A stretch of 32,000 nucleotides of DNA, from positions 175,210 through 207,209 of the forward strand of contig NZ_JNJP01000002.1 of NCBI RefSeq assembly GCF_000701705.1, in the 5' to 3' direction. The DNA comes from Bilophila wadsworthia ATCC 49260. Its GTDB lineage: Bacteria > Desulfobacterota > Desulfovibrionia > Desulfovibrionales > Desulfovibrionaceae. This document shows positions 18,132 through 26,044 of this stretch, piece by piece. The first letter of the stretch is position 1; every line of letters begins with the position of its first letter. The notes beneath the pieces are model-generated. The model saw only the letters and a list, made by a program, of their open reading frames with translations. It was not told where the DNA came from and did not search any database. The position numbers were made by a program, and so were the translations under genes.

Positions 18132-19478
18132 ATGCACGGCAAGGCGTTGATCAACGAGGCATTGAAGGGGAACCCCGTCGAGCGGACCCCCTGGGTTCCC
18201 TACACCGGTTCCCAAATCGCCAACCTCAAGGGGTATACCGCGCAGGAAATGTTCCGCGACGCGGACAAGCTGTACGAATGCTGCATCGAGGCGGAGTCCC
18301 AATACTCCCCGGACGGCATGACTCCCATGTTCGACCTGCAAGTCGAAGCTGAAATCCTCGGCTGCGATCTCGCATGGTACGACAACACCCCGCCCACCGT
18401 CTGCTCTCACCCGCTCGAAGGCGAGCTCGTCATCCCCACGCGGCGCATCCAAAAGACCGACGGGCGCATCCCGCTCATCCTCGACGTCATGCGCCGCTTC
18501 AAGGCCGCCAAGCCCGACATCGCCATGTACGGCCTCGTCTGCGGCCCGTTCACCCTCGCCTCGCACCTGCGCGGGACCAACATCTTTATGGATATGTACG
18601 ACGATGAGGACGGCGTGAAGGCCCTCGTCGCCTACTGTGAGGAAGTCGTCCGTGAGGTTGCGGACTACTACATCGAGGCCGGGTGCGACATCATTGCCGC
18701 CGTGGACCCGCTTGTCTCTCAGATCTCCCCGGACATGTTCGAAACCTTCCTGAGCGAACCCTACACGAAGTTCTTCGCCTCCATGCGCGAAAAGGGTATG
18801 CCCTCCTCCTTCTTCGTCTGCGGCGACGCCACCAAGAACATCGAACCCATGTGCCTCACCAGGCCCGACTGCATCGCCATCGACGAAAACGTCGACATCG
18901 TGGAAGCCAAAAAGCTCACGGACGCCCACGGCATCACCATTTCCGGCAACCTCCAGCTCACCATCACCATGCTGCTCGGCACGCAGCAGGACAACCAAAA
19001 GGCCGCCATCGAACTGATGGACAAGATGGGCACGCACCGCTTCATCCTCGCGCCCGGCTGTGACGTTCCTTTTGACGCCCCCGCCGCGAACCTCATCGGC
19101 GTGGGGCAGGCCGTGCACAACCCCGAAGCCGTCCGCAAGGCGCTTGAAAGCTACGTCGCCAAGGACAATCTGCCGGAAATCGAAATGCCGGACTACGTCA
19201 ATCTCGACCACGTCCTCGTCGAGGTCGTGACCATCGACTCCAAGACCTGCGCCGCCTGCGGCTACATGGTCGCAACCGCCAACAACGCCGCCAAGATTTA
19301 TGGGGACAAGGTCAAAGTCGTCGAACGGTCCATCATGTTCCCCGAGAACCTCGCGTTCGTGAGCAAGGTCGGCCTGACGAACCTCCCCTCGCTCCTCGTC
19401 AACGGCGTCATCAAGCACATCTCCCTCATCCCCACCGTCGAAAAGCTGCGGGAGGAGATTGAGGAAGCGATGAAGTAG
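18132..19478 (+). CDS. URO-D-family (MtaA/MtbA-like) methylcorrinoid methyltransferase fused to a C-terminal thioredoxin-like CxxC domain
   Basis: The start was set at the ATG at 18132, with AAGGAG 6 nt upstream; the track's 18087 start has no RBS. The body is URO-D/MT2-like (CGPFTLASHLRG, DPLVSQISP, FFVCGDAT, ILAPGCDVPFD). The last ~90 aa (VLVEVVTIDSKTCAACGYM...LPSLLVNGVIKH) resemble small thioredoxin-fold redox-active-disulfide proteins. The CAAC motif lies at nt 19248-19259. Confidence 0.75.
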   Translation: MHGKALINEALKGNPVERTPWVPYTGSQIANLKGYTAQEMFRDADKLYECCIEAESQYSPDGMTPMFDLQVEAEILGCDLAWYDNTPPTVCSHPLEGELVIPTRRIQKTDGRIPLILDVMRRFKAAKPDIAMYGLVCGPFTLASHLRGTNIFMDMYDDEDGVKALVAYCEEVVREVADYYIEAGCDIIAAVDPLVSQISPDMFETFLSEPYTKFFASMREKGMPSSFFVCGDATKNIEPMCLTRPDCIAIDENVDIVEAKKLTDAHGITISGNLQLTITMLLGTQQDNQKAAIELMDKMGTHRFILAPGCDVPFDAPAANLIGVGQAVHNPEAVRKALESYVAKDNLPEIEMPDYVNLDHVLVEVVTIDSKTCAACGYMVATANNAAKIYGDKVKVVERSIMFPENLAFVSKVGLTNLPSLLVNGVIKHISLIPTVEKLREEIEEAMK

Positions 19479-19482
19479 AACA

Positions 19483-19575
19483 GAGGATGGAGGGAAGAGG
19501 AAACCCTTCTGAAGAGGGATTTTCCTCCCCACCCCGCCCCTTTCCTGCCCAAGGCTTTGAAGGTGGGGAGGCGGC
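19483..19575 (+). repeat. Intergenic repeat family, copy A
   Basis: Begins 5 nt after the TAG stop. The sequence reads GAGGATGGAGGGAAGAGGAAACCCTTCTGAAGAGGGATTTTCCTCCCC...CCCAAGGCTTTGAAGGTGGGGAGGCGGC. About three quarters of positions match copy B by eye alignment. Confidence 0.8.
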
Positions 19576-19685
19576 GCGGCGGGAGTCCCTATCGGACTGA
19601 AAACGGACAGGATACGGAGTTTTCTCCAAAAGGGGCAAAGAGAGGCTCGGGCCTCGGCTCTTCCCCACAAGGCAGGATTGACGGA

Positions 19686-20570
19686 ATGCGCAAGGAACTG
19701 ATCATCCTCTCCGGCTTTCTCGGAAGCGGCAAGACGACGCTGCTGCGGTCGCTCCTGCTGCGTCACTCGGATCGGAAGATAGCCGTGCTGCTGAACGACT
19801 TCGGCGACATCCCCGTGGACGGGGAAACCCTGCGCCGCTCCGGCGTCGAGGGCGGCGTAGTGGTGGAGATCGGAGGCGGATCGGTATTCTGCTCGTGCCT
19901 GCGGGAGCCGTTCATCAAGACGCTGGCCAACCTCGCCGCCCGCGACGAGGATCTGATCATCGTGGAGGCCTCCGGCATGTCCGATCCCTCCGCCGTGGAC
20001 AAGATGCTCCGGCTCTCCGGCCTCGACGGCCTTTTTGAGCACACCTCGACCATCTGCCTGTTCGATCCCGTCAAGAGCCTCAAGCTGGCGCGCGTGCTGG
20101 AAGTCATCCCGCGCCAACTGGCCTCGGCCAGCGTCGTTGTCCTGACCAAGGCCGACATCACGACTAAGGAGGAACGGGACGCAGCCCGCGCCTATATCCG
20201 CTCGCAGGAACCCGACCTCCCCATAGTGGAAAGCCATAACGGAAACGCGGATTTTGCCTCCCTGCCCGAACGGGCGCTTCGCCTGTTCCCGGTCGGATTC
20301 AATACCCCGGAGACGCGGCCCGACTGCTTCGCACTGGAAGCTGTCAGGACCGACGCCAAGACGCTGCTCGACGCCCTGACCGCCGACGGAAACGTGCTGC
20401 GGGTCAAGGGGTATATCCGAGCCGCCGACGGCGTCCGATTCGTCTCGGATACCGGGCAGGGTTTTGAAACGATGGAAAGCCGGGACGCGCCGATACCCCT
20501 CATGATCATCTGTATGCAGGGAACCGCCGGAGCCGTCCGCGCCGCATTGCACGCGGCGGGCATCGCCTGA
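19686..20570 (+). CDS. CobW/COG0523-like G3E P-loop GTPase
   Basis: The start was set at the ATG at 19686 (MRKELIILSGFLGSGKTTLL, Walker A). It also carries VEASGMSDP and LTKAD (NKxD-like) motifs and a CobW_C-like tail. The usual CxCC metal motif reads C-S-C-L here. The track's TTG start at 19557 lies inside repeat copy A. Confidence 0.8.
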   Translation: MRKELIILSGFLGSGKTTLLRSLLLRHSDRKIAVLLNDFGDIPVDGETLRRSGVEGGVVVEIGGGSVFCSCLREPFIKTLANLAARDEDLIIVEASGMSDPSAVDKMLRLSGLDGLFEHTSTICLFDPVKSLKLARVLEVIPRQLASASVVVLTKADITTKEERDAARAYIRSQEPDLPIVESHNGNADFASLPERALRLFPVGFNTPETRPDCFALEAVRTDAKTLLDALTADGNVLRVKGYIRAADGVRFVSDTGQGFETMESRDAPIPLMIICMQGTAGAVRAALHAAGIA

Positions 20571-20597
20571 ATCAGCACAACCTTTAAGGAGCATACC

Positions 20598-21245
20598 ATG
20601 AGCGCTATTTTGCAGGACATTTCCGAGAAGTTGCAGAAAGGGAAAATGAAGGAAGTCGCCGAGCTGGTGAAGCAGGCCGTCGCCGACGGCATCCAGCCCC
20701 TGACCATCCTCAATGAGGGCCTCATGCCCGGCATGGACATCATCGGCGAACGCTTCAAGAAAAACGACATCTTCATCCCCGAAGTGCTCATCGCGGCCCG
20801 CGCAATGGCCGCCGGAACCGATGTCCTGCGTCCCCTCCTCGTGGGCGACCAGATGGAAGAAAAGGGCACCGTCGTCATCGGCACCATCAAGGACGACCTC
20901 CACGACATCGGCAAGAACCTTGTCCGCATGATGATGGAATCCAAGGGCCTCAACGTCATCGACCTCGGCAACAGCGTGCCCCCGGCCAAATACATTGAAG
21001 CCGCCGCCAAGCACAACGCCGACATCATCGCCTGTTCCGCCCTGCTCACCACCACGATGGTCCACATCAAGGATGTCGTGAAGGGCGTGGCCGAGAGCCC
21101 CCTCGCCGGAAAGGTCAAAATCATGATCGGCGGCGCACCCGTCAATGACGCCTTCCGCGAGTCCATCGGAGCCGATTATTACACCCCCGACGCCTCCTCA
21201 GCCGCGGAAAAGGCCCTCGAAATCTGCGCCGCCGCGAGGGCGTAG
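20598..21245 (+). CDS. mttC: Methylamine-type corrinoid protein (MttC/MtbC family)
   Basis: 215-aa ORF with the B12-binding DxHxxG motif (DDLHDIGKN). It has an N-terminal helical cap (IFIPEVLIAARAM) and a Rossmann-like tail (ADIIACSALLTTTM, IMIGGAP). AAGGAG lies 6 nt upstream of the ATG. Confidence 0.9.
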   Translation: MSAILQDISEKLQKGKMKEVAELVKQAVADGIQPLTILNEGLMPGMDIIGERFKKNDIFIPEVLIAARAMAAGTDVLRPLLVGDQMEEKGTVVIGTIKDDLHDIGKNLVRMMMESKGLNVIDLGNSVPPAKYIEAAAKHNADIIACSALLTTTMVHIKDVVKGVAESPLAGKVKIMIGGAPVNDAFRESIGADYYTPDASSAAEKALEICAAARA

Positions 21246-21253
21246 AAAAACAT

Positions 21254-21355
21254 TATGGGAACCGGGGGAAGGAAGAAGGAACCCTTCTGAAGAAGGGTTG
21301 CCCCTCTCCCGGGCCCCTTCCACCTCCCAAGACGTTTGACTGGTGGGGAGGCGGC
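21254..21355 (+). repeat. Intergenic repeat family, copy B
   Basis: Begins a few nt after the mttC TAG stop. It contains a perfect 8-bp hairpin, AACCCTTC-TGAA-GAAGGGTT (21280-21299), followed by CCCCTCTCCCGGGCCCCTTCCACCTCCCAAGACGTTTGACTGGTGGGGAGGCGGC. It shares the terminal GGTGGGGAGGCGGC with copy A. Confidence 0.8.
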
Positions 21356-21527
21356 CCGCAAGAAACCCCTCTGTATGGAAGGAATGGAGCGGAGGCGAAA
21401 CGGAAACCCCGCCGCCGGGAAACACGGCAAAGAGGCGGTCCGCCTCTCCCATGCTTCCCGCCGCAAGGCGGCTCCTCCCACCCAAACGGCCCCGGCAACC
21501 CCGCCACCCGGCGGAAAGGAAACGGAT

Positions 21528-22238
21528 ATGCACCTCATCGCCTGCGAAGTCTTCCGCCCCGAGCTGGAACGCCTGACGCGAGCCATGCGCAACGCGCCCG
21601 AGGTGACGTATCTCGAACAGGGCCTCCACGACACTCCGGACGAACTCCGCCGCCGCGTACAGCAAGCCGTCGACGCGCTGGAAGCCAAGGGCGAAACGGT
21701 CATTTTCCTCGCCTACGGCCTGTGCGGGCGCGGGCTTACCGGCGTGACCGGGCACACCGCGACTCTGATCCTCCCCCGCGTCCACGACTGCATCCCGGTC
21801 CTGCTCGGGGCGACGCAGGAACAAGCCAACGAATCATCGCTCGGCGGCGGCACTTACTGGCTCTCCCCCGGCTGGCTCCGCTACTCGCAAACCTCGTTCA
21901 TCCAAAACCGCGAGAAGCGCTTCAAGGAATACGAGGAACGGTTCGGCACCGATTCCGCGGCCTACCTCATCGAACTCGAAGGATCGTGGCTCAGAAACTA
22001 TACCAACGCCTGCCTGATCCTCTGGGAAGGCTGGGAAGACGAACGGGAACTCGTCCGGACCGCCAAAGCCGTGGCCGACGACGCCGGGCTCGGCTACCGG
22101 GAACTTCCCGGAGACCCGAATTTCATCCAAGCCCTGCTCGACGGCGGCAAGGACGGGCGCTTCATGCGCATCGCTCCCGGCTTCACGCCGGATCTCGACG
22201 GTAACGGAACCATTACAGCCGTGCGGGTGACATCATGA
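21528..22238 (+). CDS. DUF1638-family protein
   Basis: The start was set at the ATG at 21528 (MHLIACEVFRPELE), with GGAAAGGAAA upstream. Motifs LAYGLCGRG and LPRVHDCI are present. This family is typically found beside corrinoid methyltransferase genes. The stop overlaps the next ATG as ATGA. Confidence 0.65.
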   Translation: MHLIACEVFRPELERLTRAMRNAPEVTYLEQGLHDTPDELRRRVQQAVDALEAKGETVIFLAYGLCGRGLTGVTGHTATLILPRVHDCIPVLLGATQEQANESSLGGGTYWLSPGWLRYSQTSFIQNREKRFKEYEERFGTDSAAYLIELEGSWLRNYTNACLILWEGWEDERELVRTAKAVADDAGLGYRELPGDPNFIQALLDGGKDGRFMRIAPGFTPDLDGNGTITAVRVTS

Positions 22239-24025
22239 ATGTTTCAATCACCGTCCGCCACTGCGGAGAAACCACAACCCTCCGCGCCGAGGCGGGAACG
22301 CCCCTCGCTCCCCTGCTCCGCGAAGCGGGTTTACTCACCCTGCCCTGCGGCGTCGGCAAGTGCGGCAAGTGCCTCATCCTCGCCGCCACCGAACCCTGCG
22401 CCGAGGAACGCGCCCTGCTCGGCGACGCAGCCCTCGCTTCCGGGCTGCGCCTCGCCTGTTACACCCGCGCCGCTGAGGGGCTCGACATCGCCCTTCCGCA
22501 GGCCGGGGCCCTGCGCGTGCTCACCCGGTTCGCGCAATCGGACTACCCGTTCCGGCCCATCGTGGAGCGCCGCTCCTTCGCCATGCCCGAGCCGTCCCTC
22601 GACGACCAGCGCAGCGACCTGCAACGCCTCATCGACGCCTGCGGCGCAAAGGGCCACGCCCTCGGCCTCGGCCAGCTCGCCGCCCTGCCCGCCTTCATAC
22701 GCAACGCCCGCTCCAACGGCGGGTGCGGCGACGGGCACGGCAACGTGTGCGGCTTCGGCCTCATGCATGGGGAAACCCTCGTCGGCTATACGGCCTCGGA
22801 TGAGGCATACGCCCTTATCGTGGACATCGGCACCACCACCGTCGCCGCACTGCTCGTGGACACGGCACGCAGGCGCGTGGTCGCGGCACGCGGCGAACAC
22901 AACGCCCAATCGCCCTACGGCGCGGACGTCATCAGCCGCATCCGCCACGAAACGGAATGGGAAGAACACCGCAACGGCCCGAACCCGCTGCAACAGGCCA
23001 TCGCCAAGCAGGTTTCCGCAATGCTCGCCGGGCTGCTGGAACAGGCCGGGATCGGCGACGTGGACTTCCTGTCCCTGACCGGCAACACGACCATGATGCA
23101 CCTGCTCTGCGGGCTGCCCGGCGAACACATCGGCAAGGCCCCGTTCATCCCCGCCACGCTCGAACCCATGCGCCTGCCCGCCGCCGATCTGGGCATCGCC
23201 TCGCAAGCCCCCGCGTTCCTGCTACCCGGCATTTCCGCCTATATCGGCGCGGACATCGTGGCCTCGCTCCTCGCCGCCGACGCCCACCGCAGCCAGCCGC
23301 CCTTCCTGCTCGTCGACCTCGGCACCAACGCCGAAACCGTGCTCTGCGCAAGCGGCACGCTCTACGCCTGTTCGGCGGCCGCCGGGCCATGTTTCGAGGG
23401 CGCAACCCTTTCCTGCGGCATGGCCGGGCAGGATGGGGCCATCGATACCGTTTCGCCCGACCCGGAACGCGGCCTGTCCTTTACCACCATCGGCGACGCG
23501 CCTGCGCGCGGGCTGTGCGGCTCCGGGGTACTGGATGCGCTGGCCCTGCTGCTTGACGCCGGGATCGTGGACGAAACCGGACGCCTCGAAGCCGACGCCT
23601 CCCCGCTCGGCGCACGTATTACGGACGACGCGCTGACCTTCACGGATTCGGTGCGCTTCACCCAGAAGGACATCCGGGAAGTGCAGCTCGCCAAGGCCGC
23701 CGTGCGCGCGGGCATCGACATCCTGCTGCGGGAGGCGGGCATGGAAACCGCGGATGTGGCCCGCCTCTACCTTGCGGGCGGCTTCGGTTCCGCCATGCGC
23801 CCGGAAAGCGCGGCCCGCATCGGGCTCATCCCCGAAGAACTTTCCGACCGGGTCACGGTGCTCGGCAATGCCGCCGGTTCCGGCGCGCTGCGCTATGCGA
23901 CCGAGGAAGGCGCGGCCGAAAGCGCCCTCGGCATCATCCGCCGTACCCGGTACATCGAACTTTCCGCCCACGCGGGCTTCACCGACGCCTACGTGGAACG
24001 GATGCTCTTTCCCGAAAGGGAATGA
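22235..24025 (+). CDS. RACo-type reductive activator of corrinoid proteins (2Fe-2S ferredoxin domain plus ASKHA ATPase domain)
   Basis: 596-aa ORF. The N-terminal part has a plant-type ferredoxin cysteine pattern (LPCGVGKCGKCLI...RLACY). It is followed by an ASKHA-fold region (IVDIGTTTVAALL, LVDLGTNAE, LCGSGVLDA, LAGGFGS). Confidence 0.85.
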   Translation: MNVSITVRHCGETTTLRAEAGTPLAPLLREAGLLTLPCGVGKCGKCLILAATEPCAEERALLGDAALASGLRLACYTRAAEGLDIALPQAGALRVLTRFAQSDYPFRPIVERRSFAMPEPSLDDQRSDLQRLIDACGAKGHALGLGQLAALPAFIRNARSNGGCGDGHGNVCGFGLMHGETLVGYTASDEAYALIVDIGTTTVAALLVDTARRRVVAARGEHNAQSPYGADVISRIRHETEWEEHRNGPNPLQQAIAKQVSAMLAGLLEQAGIGDVDFLSLTGNTTMMHLLCGLPGEHIGKAPFIPATLEPMRLPAADLGIASQAPAFLLPGISAYIGADIVASLLAADAHRSQPPFLLVDLGTNAETVLCASGTLYACSAAAGPCFEGATLSCGMAGQDGAIDTVSPDPERGLSFTTIGDAPARGLCGSGVLDALALLLDAGIVDETGRLEADASPLGARITDDALTFTDSVRFTQKDIREVQLAKAAVRAGIDILLREAGMETADVARLYLAGGFGSAMRPESAARIGLIPEELSDRVTVLGNAAGSGALRYATEEGAAESALGIIRRTRYIELSAHAGFTDAYVERMLFPERE

Positions 24026-24118
24026 GGCTGGAAAGGGGGAAACCTTTCCGGCGAACGGGACACCCGCGCGGATTGCCTTTTCCCCCCGGCTCTCACCCTC
24101 CTTTTTCCAAAGCGCTCG
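24026..24118 (+). repeat. Intergenic repeat family, degenerate copy E
   Basis: Starts directly after the TGA stop. The sequence reads GGCTGGAAAGGGGGAAACCTTTCCGGCGAACGGG...CCTTTTCCCCCCGGCTCTCACCCTCCTTTTTCCAAAGCGCTCG. It has the same arm order as copies A to C but is more divergent. Confidence 0.5.
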
Positions 24119-24272
24119 CAATGCGATGCGGGAAAAAAGTGTTCCTTATGAATGAGGGTGCGGAAACATCCCGTTCGGGACATCCCCCGGAACTTTCCGG
24201 GCGAACAACGGCAGAGGCACGGCGGACCCGTTCCGCCTTACGATACGCTTCAGCAAACCCAGAGAGGCTTGT

Positions 24273-25793
24273 ATGAAAAGATGGGCACATTCCAGTCTGA
24301 TGGGGGGAGTCGGCGTCGGCCTGAACTTCCTCCGCGAAAAGGACTGCGAAAAGATCCATGAGGCATCCCTAGAAGTCCTGCACGACCGGGGCGCGTACTT
24401 CGACAGCGAAACGGCACGCGAAGTCCTGCGCGACCACGGCTGTTGGGAAGACGCGGACGGCTGCACCCATTTCCCGCGCACGCTTGTGGAAAGCGCGCTG
24501 GAAGCGGTCCCCGCCGAGTTCGTCCATCGCGGCAGGACGCCCGACGACGATATCCACATGGCGCAGGATCAGGTGTATGCCTCAAACTTCGGCGAAGGCA
24601 TCTTCACCCATGACCTTGAAACCGGCGAACGCCGTTCCACCGTCAAGCAGGACGCCGTCGACATCCTGCGCGTGGTGGACTCGCTCGACAACATCCACAT
24701 CTACAACCGCGCCATCGGCCCGCAGGACGTGCCGTCCGAATCCGCGTCGATGCACAATGCGGAAGTGGCGTTCTGCTACACCAGCAAGCCCATGCACCTG
24801 GTGTCCGGCAGCCCCTTCCAGACCAAGAAGATGATCAAGATGGCGGAGATCGCCGCCGGGGGCAAGGAAGAGCTCAAAAAACGCCCCCGCACCGCCTTCA
24901 ACCACACCACGATCAGCCCGCTCCGCATCTCGCATGAGGCCTGCGAAAACGCCATGATCGTGGCCGAGGCCGGGCTCCCCAACCACATCCTCGTCATGGT
25001 GCAGCAGGGCGCGACCTCGCCCATCAGCTATGCGGGGAGCGTGGCCGTACACAACGCGGACTTCCTCGCCTTCAACACCCTGTTGCAATGCGTGAACAGG
25101 GGCAACCCCACCCTGTACGGCGCGTCCGCCTGCGTCATGGACATGAAAAAGGGCCTTTCCCTCGTGGCGGCCCCCGAAGTGTTCGTGCTCAACGCGGCAA
25201 TGGCCCGGATGTCGAAATACTACAATATCCCGAGCTACATTGCCGGTGGATAGACGGACAGCATATGCAACGACGTGCAGGCCGGAGCCGAACGCGCTCT
25301 CAACCGCCTGATGACCGCGCTGGCAGGTGCCAGTGTTCTTTTCGGTCAGGGTATGCTTGAGACGGGACTTACGTTCGACATCCCGACCCTGCTCGTGGAC
25401 GACGAAATCATTGATTATGTGCTGCGGATGCTGGCTGGCTTCAAGGTTGACGCCACAACCCTCTCCACAGACCTGATCAAGGAAGTCGGCCCCTTCGGCA
25501 CGTACCTCGCTGAAATGAACACCTTCGAACATCTCGGCGACCTCAGCACCTACAACCTCATGAACCGCCGGAACTACGACATGTGGGCCGCCTCCGGGAA
25601 GCCCGATCTCTATGGGCAGGCCCGCGAACGCGCCAAGGAAATCCTCGCCACCCATAAGCAGAAGAACCCCTTGAGCCCCGAGCAGGTCAAGGCCATCCGT
25701 GACGTCCTTGTGGACGCGGAAGGCGAACTCGGCGTCGCAGACTTCTGGAAGGGCAAGGAAGAGAAGCGCTTTATCGACAACGACCTTTATTAG
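24273..25793 (+). CDS. mttB: Trimethylamine:corrinoid methyltransferase MttB with an in-frame UAG (predicted pyrrolysine) at codon 327
   Basis: Track ORFs 24273..25253 and 25275..25793 are in the same frame. Only the TAG and seven sense codons (TDSICND) separate them. Read through, the product is 506 aa, a normal MttB length. The sequence is MttB-like on both sides of the TAG (...MSKYYNIPSYIAGG-TAG-TDSICNDVQAGAERALNRLMTALAGASVLFGQGMLE...). The gene sits within a complete MttC, RACo and MT2 context. Confidence 0.88.
25251..25253 (+). other. In-frame amber codon (candidate pyrrolysine codon) inside mttB
   Basis: The TAG was read directly from ...gcc ggt gga TAG acg gac agc.... The frame is continuous on both sides. 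Confidence 0.85.
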
Positions 25794-25826
25794 GGCATCC
25801 CAAAGCGAAAAGGCTCTAACGGGCCG

Positions 25827-25910
25827 TCCGGCGGGGCTTCGGGTCCCCGCCGGAGTCGGAAAGATACCCGGCGCGTTTTCCTTTCCTCCTCTTGGGGAAA
25901 ACGCGCCGGG
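25827..25910 (+). other. Two perfect long stem-loops downstream of mttB
   Basis: The first has a 10-bp stem, TCCGGCGGGG (25827-25836) pairing with CCCCGCCGGA (25845-25854). The second has a 15-bp stem, CCCGGCGCGTTTTCC (25867-25881) pairing with GGAAAACGCGCCGGG (25896-25910). Neither is followed by a clear U-tract. Confidence 0.7.
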
Positions 25911-26044
25911 GCACAAAACGGCCTTTCTTCGTTCCCCCCTCTATGCGGAAAAAACGACGTCCTGCCGCCGAATCTGCTCCCGTGCACAACGGGACGAACT
26001 TTTCCACGGAAAACCGCGCCATACCCGCCAAGGAGCACCGTGCC

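Noticed and set aside
25320-25333. A PYLIS-like recoding hairpin downstream of the internal TAG (CTGGCA-GG-TGCCAG)
   Set aside because: The stem is only 5-6 bp with a sterically impossible 2-nt loop, and it lies 67 nt from the TAG. Bacterial Pyl decoding is not known to need such an element. No claim is made.
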